Made by a program: the position numbers and the translations under genes. A stretch of 64,000 nucleotides of DNA from Synechococcus sp. (GTDB lineage: Bacteria; Cyanobacteriota; Cyanobacteriia; PCC-6307; Cyanobiaceae). Each line of letters starts with the position of its first letter. Positions within the stretch are counted from its first letter, which is position 1. The stretch lies in the NCBI GenBank assembly GCA_047285805.1, contig JBJBCN010000002.1:1120001-1184000 (forward strand), given 5' to 3'. The notes under the pieces were generated by a model. The model was not told the origin of the DNA and made no database searches. It worked only from the letters and a program-made list of their open reading frames with translations. Below are positions 10,178 through 21,419 of this stretch, piece by piece.

Positions 10178-10668
10178 ACGCTAGACGTATCGACCGTGAT
10201 GTCACCAGGGTGATGAATCCGGATCACCGTCACACCGGAAGGGGTTTGTCCCGCAAAGCGCAAAATCTCACTTCCGGAGACTGCAAATCAGACTTCCTGG
10301 GCGAAGCGAGACACGTCGTCGGCCGTCATAGCCTCTAGGGCGGCTTGCCGCAGGGAGGGCTCAGCCTGAACCCGCGACAAAAACTGCTACAGCTACTCGA
10401 ACGCCATGGGCGCATGGCTAGGAGCTGTGGCCTTGAGCAAAGCCGACCGTGGTCTGGGGCGCAACAAAGTTCAGCGGTTCCAGGCAGGCTGAAGGGGTCA
10501 GCAGATGGCCTGTCGGCCAAAATGCAACCATCCCCGTGGTCGTCACTCCACACCTCGAGACCCTGTCCTCTCGATCCCTCTGGGCGGAATACACGTAACG
10601 CACCTTGAGAATCCCCCTCGGCCGGCGCTGAACGCCCCAAAATGAGGCAACCGTCCGATCGATCCTCC

Positions 10669-10920
10669 ATGCCAGGCCCTGCCGTTAGCGCACAAGAGAA
10701 AAACGAGTGGGCGAACTTTGTGGTTCAGCAACTGGTGAGTTTCTTGGGTGCGCGCAAAGAGGAGATCTACGCCGATTACGCCGCCCAAAGTGAGGGCAAA
10801 CTCAGCCGGAAAACCATCGAAGAAGCCGGTCTCATGGATTTCGAGATAGCCCTGACGTATCTGAACGAACGCAACTCCGGACTAGGCCGGGGCTTCCTTG
10901 GAATGAACCTGATTCGATAG
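10669..10920 (+). CDS. Hypothetical protein, last core-like gene before the island
   Basis: GC-rich codon usage like the flanks; ends 9 bp before the first att-like repeat. Confidence 0.6.
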   Translation: MPGPAVSAQEKNEWANFVVQQLVSFLGARKEEIYADYAAQSEGKLSRKTIEEAGLMDFEIALTYLNERNSGLGRGFLGMNLIR

Positions 10921-10928
10921 CGACTTGA

Positions 10929-10952
10929 CTAGACGTTGAAGAGGCACTCGAT
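10929..10952. repeat. att-like copy of the ychF 3' end (left island boundary)
   Basis: ctagacgttgaagaggcactcgat; reverse strand reads IECLFNV* versus ychF MEFLFNV*. Confidence 0.8.
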
Positions 10953-11118
10953 AGGTTCCAGTCATAGCAGTAGATCTCGTCAATAGAAGGCCGGTAGACT
11001 TTTGTTAGAGTTGTGGAGAAATTGATATAGTGAACGAACTGTCTTGTCTACAATGCAGAAAATATGTCGGTTCGGCCCGCTGAAAGCCCTAGAGAACGTT
11101 TTCTGCAAGCAAGACAGT

Positions 11119-11433
11119 TTGACGCGTCTTTTGCTACCGCTGCTGCTTGGTGCGATTGCCACCCCACTCAGCGCCGCTGCACACCACGGAAGGCTCCTGG
11201 CACACGTAGTAGAGGAAGGCGAGAAGAGCCTTCCAGTAAGTCGTGGAAGAGTTGATGCCGGTTCTAACGAACAGATTTACCTAATGCTTAAGGATGGTGC
11301 TTCATTCACCGTACCTATCCCGATGACAAACCGGTTCACTTGTGAGTTAGAAGGTGAAAAGTGGGTTGAGACCCCCGTCAAGGGCGTAGACGGGCGCTGG
11401 AAGGCGTTCTGGTGTGTCGCTGGGATGAAGTAG
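11119..11433 (+). CDS. Small secreted protein with two Cys (paralog at 27769-28079)
   Basis: Signal peptide, then LPVSRGRVD..EQIYLMLKDG..NRFTCELEG..FWCVAGMK; start uncertain. Confidence 0.7.
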   Translation: MTRLLLPLLLGAIATPLSAAAHHGRLLAHVVEEGEKSLPVSRGRVDAGSNEQIYLMLKDGASFTVPIPMTNRFTCELEGEKWVETPVKGVDGRWKAFWCVAGMK

Positions 11434-12183
11434 CCAGAGATGCGAACACAACCACTAAACAGGTCCCACCACAAACCGAGCCAAACAGGTCATCCAGACT
11501 CTAATTACTCCGAATAACGCAAGAGCAAGAAGTCGAGCACTTAAGAGCGATACCAGACAAAACCTCTGATTTTCACTGATAACATTAGCCATTGCCGCGC
11601 GCGATACAAGCAAGTCAATAACTCTATCAGGGATATCTTTAGACGAATGAATGGACGCCCTCAGTTTAAATGATCAAATCAGAAGCGGGCAAGATGTTCA
11701 CTACAAGCAGATCATTGGCAAATTAGAGTTGCATGGAATGCTAAACAAGCTACGCGGCTTAATCAGCTCAACAACGCTAAGAATTCGAAAGGTAGTCGAA
11801 TCGACAACAATCTACTTCCATTTGATATGAGATGAGATATGCCGTGTTTCATCTTCGTGAAAACGAAGGAAGAGACAAAGAAACAACAACTTGTATGATC
11901 AAAAGATTCGCATTGGGAACAGAGCCACTCGGGAACCACCTAGACAGCAGGGGAAGGAAAAGAAGGATGTTTAATACTCAGCAAGGAATCAGACCTAGCC
12001 ACAAGTAATAACAGCGTGACGAATAAATACCTACAACTACATACAGCCAGAGAGAACCGAAGAGTGTCATATCATTACAAACCCGCGATGCGCTGGATGC
12101 GGGAATAGCCGCAATGACTTTTGGCCTGGCGACCAATTGGTAAAATGAAATGCAGTAGTATGTTAGAAAGCCTTAAGAGTCCT

Positions 12184-14010
12184 ATGAGTTCAAACGATCA
12201 TATTCTTGTTGATTGCCCACCTTATGGGACTTTCAAGGTTGCCGCGACATCCGAATTCATTTGCTGGAGAGCGACATCATTTCACACAAAAGAACCGACA
12301 ACCATTCAATGGTTGCAGTCGCTAGAAAAAGATTCAGTATTGATAGATGTAGGCGCTAACATTGGCATTTATACTATTCCAGCCGCTCTCTTTCATGCAA
12401 AGAGAGTGATTGCAATTGAGCCCGAGATCAAAAGCTACCGAGAGCTGATAAGAAATGTCGAGCTTAATGGTGTCGATAAAGTCGTGGATGCGTTACCTTT
12501 GGCTGTATCAACAGAATTTGCAAATTGCGTCTCAAGCCTGTATCTGACAAGTGACGAGCCTGGTTCGAGCTGCCACCAGGTTGGCCGCAATCAGAATTAT
12601 TTGCTGAATCCTACCAATGAAGAGAGGAAAAGAAGATCTATTTATTGCATTTCACTATCTTCAATAGTCACCAAAGCTCATGATGAGAATCCAACATCTC
12701 CACTGCATATCAAGGTTGACGTGGATGGGATCGAAGAAGATGTTTGCCAGTCGCTATTTGACTCGAAGGCTTTAAACTATGTCAACACCCTTCAAGTTGA
12801 ACTGAATCCCGCAATACCCCAACACGGTAGCCTCATCAACAAGTTACAAGATCATGGATTCAGCTATTCAAAAGCACAGGTTGCTAAGGCAGCTAGAAAA
12901 AGTGGTAATTTTGAAGGTTTTGCTGAATACGTATTTCGTCGATACATCACTCGTGGACTTGCATCGAGCTTACCGGAAGATGTATCAAGTAAGTTTTATT
13001 TTGTAGATGATGAAGATGATCAGTCCGATGTTTCAGGCTTAGTGCTTGGGTCAAAGCTTAAACCTAATTCAGTCAAAAGCTTTTTTTCCAATACTTGCAA
13101 TCCTGTAGAAATATCAACAAGTCCGCCGGCTCTGGTGCTTCCTCAACTGCTAAGTGTTGGCGAATGCCTTGAAATATGCTCTTCACTCGGACAATGCATT
13201 GAAGACTCGAATGATTTTGGGTTTAGTTCCAGTTCGGGTTTTAACAAGGATGAAAATCGGCGTGCTATTTCAACCGAGAAGCTACTTCAAGTCGATATGC
13301 CATATGTGCAGCAGCTGTTTAGGCGTTTTTCCGATATTGAGATACCCAGGTCTATTATTAAGAAGAGCATGCCCATATTAAAGTCGTATTTGGGGCTTGA
13401 AGCGAAAAACCCATTTGTTCCTGGGCTGAAACTAACTGTAAGAATACGACATTTCCTAGATCTCCAAGGTTTTTATCTCACTTGCCACCATGATTCGAGG
13501 GACACTCTTTTTGCTCTGGTTTGTCCGTTGACGCCATCATCAAGTACTACTACCTTATTTAACTCAGCTCCTGAAACGAATAATCGAGCTCCATCAGACA
13601 AATCATTGCGCCTTGAGTCACAGTTTAGAGGTGGGCATTTTTATGAAACTTCAGCCAACGTAGATGGCATCTACAGGGTAGTAAATGGTGATGGTGACAA
13701 CTTGTATTGCCTTTATGCACATAGCACATATCTTCGGCATGGTGACACATTAGTTATTCCAAATTTGGGATCAGAGGCCTTTGCGAGACCTGACTGGGGA
13801 CAGAATAATCCTCTTGCGCACTTTGGTCATGGAGTTTTCCCACCAATCCCAGATTTATTAAGACCGGTACTGTTGGTAGATTATATGGTTTCCAAGCAGG
13901 AAGATACGGATGTATACTCAACACTATTTGAGACTAGAAAACAGAATTCTCTGCACGTTCATATTTGCCCGTTGGATCATTTACTTGTTGAGCACACTAA
14001 AAGTAAATAG
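12184..14010 (+). CDS. FkbM-family methyltransferase fused to a putative 2OG-Fe(II) oxygenase-like domain
   Basis: KEPTT, IDVGANIGIY, IEP, HIKVDVDGIE; C-terminal half has HxD (HHDS) and a distal HGV. Confidence 0.8.
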   Translation: MSSNDHILVDCPPYGTFKVAATSEFICWRATSFHTKEPTTIQWLQSLEKDSVLIDVGANIGIYTIPAALFHAKRVIAIEPEIKSYRELIRNVELNGVDKVVDALPLAVSTEFANCVSSLYLTSDEPGSSCHQVGRNQNYLLNPTNEERKRRSIYCISLSSIVTKAHDENPTSPLHIKVDVDGIEEDVCQSLFDSKALNYVNTLQVELNPAIPQHGSLINKLQDHGFSYSKAQVAKAARKSGNFEGFAEYVFRRYITRGLASSLPEDVSSKFYFVDDEDDQSDVSGLVLGSKLKPNSVKSFFSNTCNPVEISTSPPALVLPQLLSVGECLEICSSLGQCIEDSNDFGFSSSSGFNKDENRRAISTEKLLQVDMPYVQQLFRRFSDIEIPRSIIKKSMPILKSYLGLEAKNPFVPGLKLTVRIRHFLDLQGFYLTCHHDSRDTLFALVCPLTPSSSTTTLFNSAPETNNRAPSDKSLRLESQFRGGHFYETSANVDGIYRVVNGDGDNLYCLYAHSTYLRHGDTLVIPNLGSEAFARPDWGQNNPLAHFGHGVFPPIPDLLRPVLLVDYMVSKQEDTDVYSTLFETRKQNSLHVHICPLDHLLVEHTKSK

Positions 14011-14823
14011 GCTGATGGAATGAATGCTATTGATAGTCTTATTGCTCGGTGAACAGAGTTAACTGGAAAGAGAATAGCTTGCCTCTTTCGTTTGCGCAGC
14101 AAGATTAATTTAGATTGAGCCAGCACAAACCCGTGATGATAGACCAAAGCATTCATAGTCCTTCGAAATCATTTACGCGATAGTTTCTCGCCATGAATGT
14201 TCAAGCTCATCACAGCGCAACAAATACAAGAGCCCAACCTAAAGAGATTGACGACTTATACCATTTGCCTAAAGCAGTTGAATCTCCATTATTAGAAGAG
14301 TAGGTTTCAGTCAAATAGCATCAGTCGACTTTGGTTGAGGTTTTGACTTCTTCGAGCAAGTAGCAAAATGTCTTTTCTAGAATCATTCAGCACATACCCT
14401 CCAACCCCTTGAATTCATAAGGGTTTCGCTAAACAGGAGTACACACGGAGCTACAAGAACTTACGCTCATTGGAATCATTGATGCAGAAACCATCCGTTA
14501 TTGTTTATGGCGCATCTTCAACAGAAATGGGTTTTGAAGAAGAATTTGGTTGATCTCTGATGTCTCGGACTGACAATACTTACTGGATTTATTCTAGTTA
14601 GGTCAGTATTATCCATTTCTGTCGTTATTGCGATCGTGACCTTTGCTACAGAATCGGAAAAGAAGTAGCAAGCAAACGCCATCGAATAACGTATTAAAGT
14701 ACACCCAAAAACTCGTGATCCCGAAGCACTACGCAGGGCGAGAGTGATTGAGTACATAGCGGTCACACAACAGGTCTAGTCGCAGTAGTGTGAATCGGTG
14801 CGCTGGCGAAAAAAACGAGCTCA

Positions 14824-15822
14824 ATGCAGCAGTCCCTAAGCATCTCGCTGGTGGCACTCAGCTCTTTTGCTTTCTCCATCACAACACTGGCTACCGTCAG
14901 CGCCAAACCAGATGAGGTGGCTTCCGGCCCTTATGGTGACGTTGGGTAATGAGGATCAAGCTCACGGGAATCGGCAAACTGCAGATCGCATCCAAGGTCA
15001 AACACAAGCCGCTCGCACCCTCTACCAAGCAGGTCTGGGTGGCTTCCTTTCCATGGTAGTGGGCAGCAACAGCGTCTTCTTTGCTGATGTGCGGGCGAAT
15101 GCAAACTTCGCGGACCGAGGCAGCATCAGCATCAATACCAAGGTGGCTGGTACCACCATCAGCACGTCATCCAGGCTGTGTTGCGTCTGACTGAACGTTG
15201 ACCGCAGTTGGATATTTGGCGTCAACGGTGGGTATGACACCCGACCGATGGCAGCTGGTGATGCCGCCGATACGGGCGTTGCGGTCTCTGATCAGTGGAC
15301 AGTCTTTTTCCAGCAGGCAGGGTTTGCTTGGAAGCAGTGAATGATGACTGGAACTTCAATACCTACGGGCTCATCCCAACTGGAACAACTGAATACAGGC
15401 TAAATAGTCGCTACAACGAAGGAGCAGTGGATACTTACGGGTTTAATGCAGGCTACAGCCTCACGACAAAGTGGAAGCTCAGCGTTGGCTATTACTACCA
15501 AAACCGCGACCTCAATACAGCTGATGGCTCAGGCGTGCTTGGGCGACTGACTTACAGCATCAATGAGGGTGTAACGGTTGGTGTCAATCTGTCTTATGAC
15601 AGGGCGCTTAAGTCACGCTTCTCGGCTGATATTAAGTGGCGGTTTAATACAGCAGGAATTACGCAAAGTGAAAAGCACAAGCAGGTGTGGGAGTAGCCAA
15701 CGATTAAGGCACTAACTGAGAGCGTTAAGAATAGGGATGTGCCGGTGCACGATTGCGAGGGTAATGGGGCTTGCAGGCGTAACGGGTTAAGAGGGTGCGG
15801 AGGCACTGTTTGTGGTATTTGA
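14824..15822 (+). pseudogene. Inverse-autotransporter beta-barrel paralog 1 (frameshifts and stops)
   Basis: MQQSL.. start; homologous in pieces to 30511-31542; ends NRDVPVHD-CEGNGACRRNGLRGCGGTVCGI*. Confidence 0.88.
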
Positions 15823-15887
15823 ACTGACAGCTGCTTACTGTCTGTTTTTACTGTTCAGGTTAGTAACTGACTGTGGCTAGGCACCCT

Positions 15888-15915
15888 AAACCCCTACCAG
15901 CGCAGGGGCTTTTTA
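15888..15915 (+). terminator. Degenerate intrinsic terminator after paralog 1
   Basis: aaacccctaccagcgcaggggcttttt. Confidence 0.6.
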
Positions 15916-16460
15916 TTGCTTCAATTACGCCAACAAGCCAACAAATCAGCACCCAGTGTCTAAAGAGGTTGTACTCTTCAATGAGGGCAAGTTTGGGTTT
16001 TGATCAGCGATACCAGCTGCTGGTGACTGCGAACAAACCTCCTGCGCTGAGGACTGTCGTAGTCCCCTTCAATAACCTCCAGAGTCGACGTGCCACCCAG
16101 CAGCCAGTCGCTCATCGGCCTCATCAAGCCCCATGGTCATGCCGCTTTCCTCAGAAAACGCTTGTCCTGATCGAGCTGCATCACCCGGAGTGCTTCGTAG
16201 TCTTCCGTGCACTTCTGGCAGCTACAGGGGACGCCATGCAGATCCCAGCGGTCTAAAAGGAAACCAGTCAGCTCAACTTGGTCTTTGTGGAACTTGGGCA
16301 AAGCTAGAAGCCGAAGGCCGGCTGCCCACTCTCAAGGAAACCAATGACGAATGGTTGCCGATTTCGTGGATGTCAGTGGGATCACATCGTTTTCGGTAGC
16401 CGTTGCTCCGCAATAACTACTTTTCTTTGTGGGCCTTCATCAGCGAGTACAAGCGGTCCC

Positions 16461-16619
16461 TCAATCGCTTTTCGAATCATCTGGACTCAGCAGCAGCTCC
16501 TCCAAGAGCCGCTCCATTAGGTCTCCTCGAATGCGCAGACGCAGTTTTCGCTTGGGCTGATCCACAGCGGCCAAGACCTCGGTGCTCAGCTCTAGGTAGA
16601 TCCGTTCTCTCTCGGCCAA
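16461..16619 (-). CDS. Small ribbon-helix-helix-like protein
   Basis: Translated by hand: (M)AERERIYLELSTEVLAAVDQPKRKLRLRIRGDLMERLLEELLL..; strand-helix-helix pattern. Confidence 0.4.
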   Translation of the reverse strand: MAERERIYLELSTEVLAAVDQPKRKLRLRIRGDLMERLLEELLLSPDDSKSD

Positions 16620-16766
16620 GTGCCTGGTCAGTTCATCGTTGCCCCATCAGGAATCGTCTAGGAAGTCTCGTCTCCCTTCATCCTGCCGCCGCCCAGCCAA
16701 CTGCTCTAAGCCCAGTGGCAATGCAGGTTGTTTTGGCAAAGCTCCGAGCAGTTGAGCGTGTCTGTG

Positions 16767-17753
16767 ATGCAGCAGTCCATTCGCCTGAGCCTCTCTCTCA
16801 CGGGTGCTGCAGCGCTGGCACTGGCATCAATGGCGCAGGTCAGCGCCAAGCCCGTTCAAGTCGCACAAGGCACAGCCAGTGACCTGGGTGTGATGAGCAT
16901 CAACCTCAAGGACATCGTCCAACCGCAGGTCGGCATCCAAGGTCAAACCCAAGCCGCTGGCACTCCCAACCAAGCAGGTCTGGGTGGATTCCTTCCACTA
17001 GTGGTCGGCAGCAACAGCGTCTTCTATGGCGACGTTCTGGCGAATGCCAACTTCGCAGACATCAACAACTCCTCCAGCATCATCAACACCACCGTTGCTG
17101 GCACCACCATCTCCACCTCATCCCGCCTGGGCTATCGCTGGCTCAATGGCGACCGCAGTTGGATGGTTGGCCTGAATGCGGGCTATGACACCCGACCAAT
17201 GAGCACGGGTGATGCCGATACAGGCATTCCTGTCTATGCCTCACGCACGGCTTTCTTCCAGCAGGCTGCTGTCAATGCAGAAGCGGTAAGCGATAAGTGG
17301 GCATTCAATGCCTATGCGCTTATCCCAACGGGTGACACCAAGCAGGTCCTCAACACCGTCTATCAAGGCGGCGCACTGGACACCTACGGCTTGGATGCGG
17401 GTTACAGCCTGACGCCAGCCCTAAGAGCATCTGTTGGTTACTACTACCAAAACGGCGATGCAGGAGAAGCAGATGGCTCTGGTGTCTTGGGTCGCCTCGC
17501 TTATGCCATCAATAACGAACTAACTATTGGCACCAACCTCTCTTATGACAGTGCCTTCAAGTCACGCTTCTCCGCTGATATCAAGTGGCGCTTCCAGACC
17601 AATGGCGGTCCTGGCAAAGAAACACCGAAAAACAATGCTGCCATTGAAGCCCTAATATCAACGCCAAGTAATCGGGATGTGCGGGTGCATGACGACTCCA
17701 GAAAGACACGAGTCACAATGGTCGATGGCTCGGTCAAGTTTGTAAACGACTGA
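16767..17753 (+). CDS. Inverse-autotransporter (intimin/invasin-type) beta-barrel protein, paralog 2, intact
   Basis: Signal peptide; RLGYRWL..WMVGLNAGYD; FFQQAAVNAE..NAYALIP; linker PSNRDVRVHD plus 19-aa tail. Confidence 0.85.
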   Translation: MQQSIRLSLSLTGAAALALASMAQVSAKPVQVAQGTASDLGVMSINLKDIVQPQVGIQGQTQAAGTPNQAGLGGFLPLVVGSNSVFYGDVLANANFADINNSSSIINTTVAGTTISTSSRLGYRWLNGDRSWMVGLNAGYDTRPMSTGDADTGIPVYASRTAFFQQAAVNAEAVSDKWAFNAYALIPTGDTKQVLNTVYQGGALDTYGLDAGYSLTPALRASVGYYYQNGDAGEADGSGVLGRLAYAINNELTIGTNLSYDSAFKSRFSADIKWRFQTNGGPGKETPKNNAAIEALISTPSNRDVRVHDDSRKTRVTMVDGSVKFVND

Positions 17754-19143
17754 ATTATTTTACCAATCCCATTAGGTCCTTGGGTGGGGAGATTTCCCAG
17801 AGACTTAAGTGAGGGGAATCACTCCTTGATAGCCTGCAACAAATTGCGAAACATATAAGTCTTCAGTGCGAGATCGCGAAAACCAAGAAATCAACATCCA
17901 ATATCTGGCATCATTGCCATCAACCTAGCTTGACGACAGACCCATCAAGGCACTGAATAGAAGTCACCTCAGAATATGAATTCGACTGTGGGCAGTTTTC
18001 AATACGTTGAAGAAAACCGTCAACATATCGATATTCACTCACACCTTTTCCTATGCCGTCACGGTTAGCCGGCACGAAGAAGAACGTTTTTGATGGTTGG
18101 GAGTTCCATCAAACTCCATTGAATCCAGTCGCAGAAAGCGTTCTCAAGGAATTGGTAGACAGGGTTGTGAAATAGGTAGGCAAACACGTGCACTCAGTGC
18201 GGAATAAGGCCGCTCCGGCACCGAACAACACTTGAGCGCCCGGTGATATGGATTGGACCCACTGCTGGTATGCACACCTAAACCGGTGCCTCATCTCGTC
18301 CTGCAGTGGTCCTCAGATCCACAGAAAAAGTTCATTTGGTTACAAACGGCACATCACCGCCAAAGCGGCTGCTGGATCATTTGCTTGTGACCTCCGGGTC
18401 GGGCAAGGGAGATAGCTGAGGCGGGCTGGAACCGCCTTTTTCATGTCCGCCGGACCGCTGCTGGGTTGCATCAGCAGACGCTGCTGCCATTCCTGCTCCA
18501 GCTGGTCCAGGCGGGTGCTCACGGCTGGGTTCACTGAGGGGCGCCCAGTGATCGGCTAAACCTGGCAACAGATGTGACGTGAGTGGCTGCAAATGCCAGC
18601 AAACGGAAACCCGGCATGGGGGTATCTGGAGCCCTTCTGACTCAATGAAGTGGGCTCAGAAATTTGCGGTTGGAACTTGTCGCATGTGTGGGAAAAAACC
18701 ACAGCTGATCGAGGCTTCAGTCAAGAGGGGATGTATCGAGGACGGGTACTTCAAAGGACATCCAAACGCCAGTCAGTCCACGCCGAAATTCATTCACGTT
18801 GGGAGCGGCTATGCGGGTTTACGTCTGGCGAGTCCTGAGTTGGCTGTGAATGCTGAGGAGGCTTCGTACAACTTGCACCCTTGGCGCTTCTCTTGCGGTT
18901 GGTTGGTTTCCCGAGCAAGGTTGGACTTTTGTCCATGCTCGACGTGTTGTCAGCGGAGCTTTGTTCTGGGTTCATGAGCCGTCCCAGTGACGTACCAACG
19001 CTGGCAATAGCTCTAGTGGTGTCGCCAGCTCATGCCAGCAAACGGACACCGTGTATGGGTTAACTGGAATCCTTGTGAGTACGTGAAGTGGCTTCAGAAA
19101 TTTGAGGCAGGAATCGGCTTAAACAAGAAACCGCCCAGATGAA

Positions 19144-19253
19144 TGGCGTTTCACCAACCGGCAGCCAATCAGCTCAGGGGCAACGACCTCCGCTGGACGG
19201 CACAAGAAGGCGTGGGGCAGGGCGGGGAAAGCTTGGGTGATGGGCTGGGTGGC
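19144..19253 (-). pseudogene. mpg: N-terminal fragment of DNA-3-methyladenine glycosylase (Mpg/AAG)
   Basis: Reverse strand reads [28 protein letters not shown], then homology stops. Confidence 0.65.
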
Positions 19254-19368
19254 TATGGGAGTGGCTTCTTTATCTGTCTTCATCGTGCCGCCGCCAAGCC
19301 AACTGCTCTAAGCCCAGTGGCAATGCAGGTTGTTTTGGCAAAGCTCCCAGCAGTTGAGCGTGTCTGTG

Positions 19369-20333
19369 ATGCAGCAGTCCATTCGCCTGAGCCTCTCTCT
19401 CACGGGTGCTGCACCGCTGGCACTGGCATCATGGCGCAGGTCAGCGCCAAGCCCGTTCAAGTCGCACAAGGCACAGCCAGTGACCTGGGTGTGATGAGCA
19501 TTCAGCTCAAGGACATCGTCAAACCTCAGGTCGGCATCCAAGGTCAAACTCAAGCCGCTGGCACCCCTAACCAAGCAGGTCTGGGTGGCTTCCTTCCACT
19601 TGTGGTCGGCAGCAACAGCGTCTCCTTTGCTGATGTCCTGGCGAATGCCAACTTCGCTGACATCAATAACTCCAGCATCATCATCAACACCACCGTTGCT
19701 GGCACCACCATCTCCACCTCATCTCGCCTGGGCTAGCGCTGGCTCAATGGCGACCGCAGTTGGATGTATGGACTGAATGCGGGCTACGACACCCGACCAA
19801 TGAGCACGGATCCTGCAGACACAGGTATCCCTGTCTATGCCTCACGCACCGCCTTCTTCCAGCAGGCTGCCGTCAATGCAGAAGCGGTGAGCGATAAGTG
19901 GAACTTCAATGCCTATGCGCTCATTCCAACGGGTGACACTGAGCAACAGCTCAACACCGTCTATGAAGGCGGTGCACTAGACACCTTCGGTTTGGATGCC
20001 GGTTACAACCTCACCAAAGCTTTAAGAGCATCTGTTGGTTACTAATACCAAAACGGCGATGCAGGCGATGCCGATGGCTCTGGCGTCTTGGGACGCCTCG
20101 CCTATGCCATCAACAATGGACTCACTGTTGTCACTAATCTTTCCTACGACAGTGCCTTCAAGTCACGCCTCTCCGCTGACATCAAGTGGCGCTTCAATAC
20201 CAATGGCGGTCCTGGTAAAGAAACACCGAAAACCAATTCCGCCATTGAAGCCCTAATATCAACGCCAAGCAATAGGGATGTGCGGGTACACGATTGTTCC
20301 CTGGAGGTTCTTGCGCAATTGGGGCAGTGTTAG
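19369..20333 (+). pseudogene. Inverse-autotransporter paralog 3 (1-bp deletion near 19430, TAG 19734, TAA 20043)
   Basis: Close to paralogs 2 and 4; ends NRDVRVHD-CSLEVLAQLGQC*. Confidence 0.9.
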
Positions 20334-20380
20334 GGGGGGGGAATCTCCTAATCAGTGGAGAATTGGGAGCCTAATCACCC

Positions 20381-20408
20381 AAAGCCCCTGCAACCGCAGG
20401 GGCTTTTT
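20381..20408 (+). terminator. Intrinsic terminator after paralog 3
   Basis: aaagcccctgcaaccgcaggggcttttt. Confidence 0.85.
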
Positions 20409-20890
20409 ATTTCTTCAGTCACACCAATAAGGCAATAAACCAGCCTCCAATGCCTGGCACCATCGCCATCAACGCAACCTGACGGCAGACCCAACGAGGC
20501 ACTGAATAGAAGTCAACTCAGGAAAACACATCAGCTGTAGGCAATCTTCTATAAGTTAAAGTTAAACCGTCAACAGGTCGACATTCACTAAGGCCTTTTT
20601 TCTATACCGTCACGCTTGTTCGGGACAGAGGGGGACTTTTTCTATGCATGGGAGTTCTAAGGAAACTCCATTTAATCGAGTCGTGCCACGCGCTCTCAAG
20701 GAATCAGTAGACAGGTTTGCCACAAGAGGTAGACAACCAAGTCCACTCAGCGAGGCAGAAGGCAACGTGCAGCGAGCTGCAGCGGCAACAACTAGCAAAG
20801 GAAGGTTGTATGTCGATTGCAGATTCGTTGGAAGCAGCGCGGAAGACGGCCAGTGCCATCAAATTGAAAGGCACGACTACCAGCGGCAGG

Positions 20891-21047
20891 TCTGCTCAAG
20901 GTCGGCTGAATGCCCGTAGAGGCACTTTGAGGAGCCGATCAGGAGGTGTAGCTGTCTGCTCAGCATTCAGGCGTAGAAGCCCCTAGGGGGGGGGGGGAGC
21001 TGGGTCCATGCGCCTACGTAATACGGCTTCAGAAAATTGGGCCAGGA
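20891..21047 (+). pseudogene. Duplicated 3' fragment of the DUF1651 gene plus its downstream sequence
   Basis: Matches 26041-26198, with two TGG>TGA changes. Confidence 0.75.
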
Positions 21048-21087
21048 AACCATCTGAAGCCGAGGCCCTTCCAATTCACATCAATGG

Positions 21088-21258
21088 TCAAGAGTCAGCG
21101 AACACGTCATAGATCGGTCGAATAGAGCGACTAACCTTTTCTGAGCGCTCTTGAGCTATTTCAAGCCTCCGCTTAGTCGTTGCAAGCTCAACTTCTATCG
21201 CCAATTGTTCAAGCTGAGCACTTAGAAGCTTTTGGGTTCGCGCTGAAACATTTGCCAT
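21088..21258 (-). CDS. Small helical/coiled-coil protein (56 aa)
   Basis: Translated by hand: MANVSARTQKLLSAQLEQLAIEVELATTKRRLEIAQERSEKVSRSIRPIYDVFADS. Confidence 0.45.
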   Translation of the reverse strand: MANVSARTQKLLSAQLEQLAIEVELATTKRRLEIAQERSEKVSRSIRPIYDVFADS

Positions 21259-21419
21259 GGTTATCGGTTAATTTGCTGAAAGCTATAAATTGAATTCGGC
21301 AATCGCGTAAAGACTTTACGTATCTACACCTATGCATGTAGTTAAGTGAAGCATTTGCTTGGCTGGGCCTCATTGGCGGGGTGTTCGGTTTGCCGCTTCT
21401 GGCTGCAGGCAGCCCCTTG

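Noticed and set aside
15742..15756. VHD|C/T resembles the intein or Hint C-terminal VHN|C/S/T junction
   Set aside because: No Hint domain precedes it, the next residue is D or Y in two copies, and the motif is adequately explained as the inverse-autotransporter linker.
19734..20045. Stop-codon recoding (TAG/TAA read as Tyr) in paralogs 3 and 4
   Set aside because: Tyr codons are one substitution from stops, TAG and TAA terminate normal genes throughout the window, and paralog 3 also has a frameshift.
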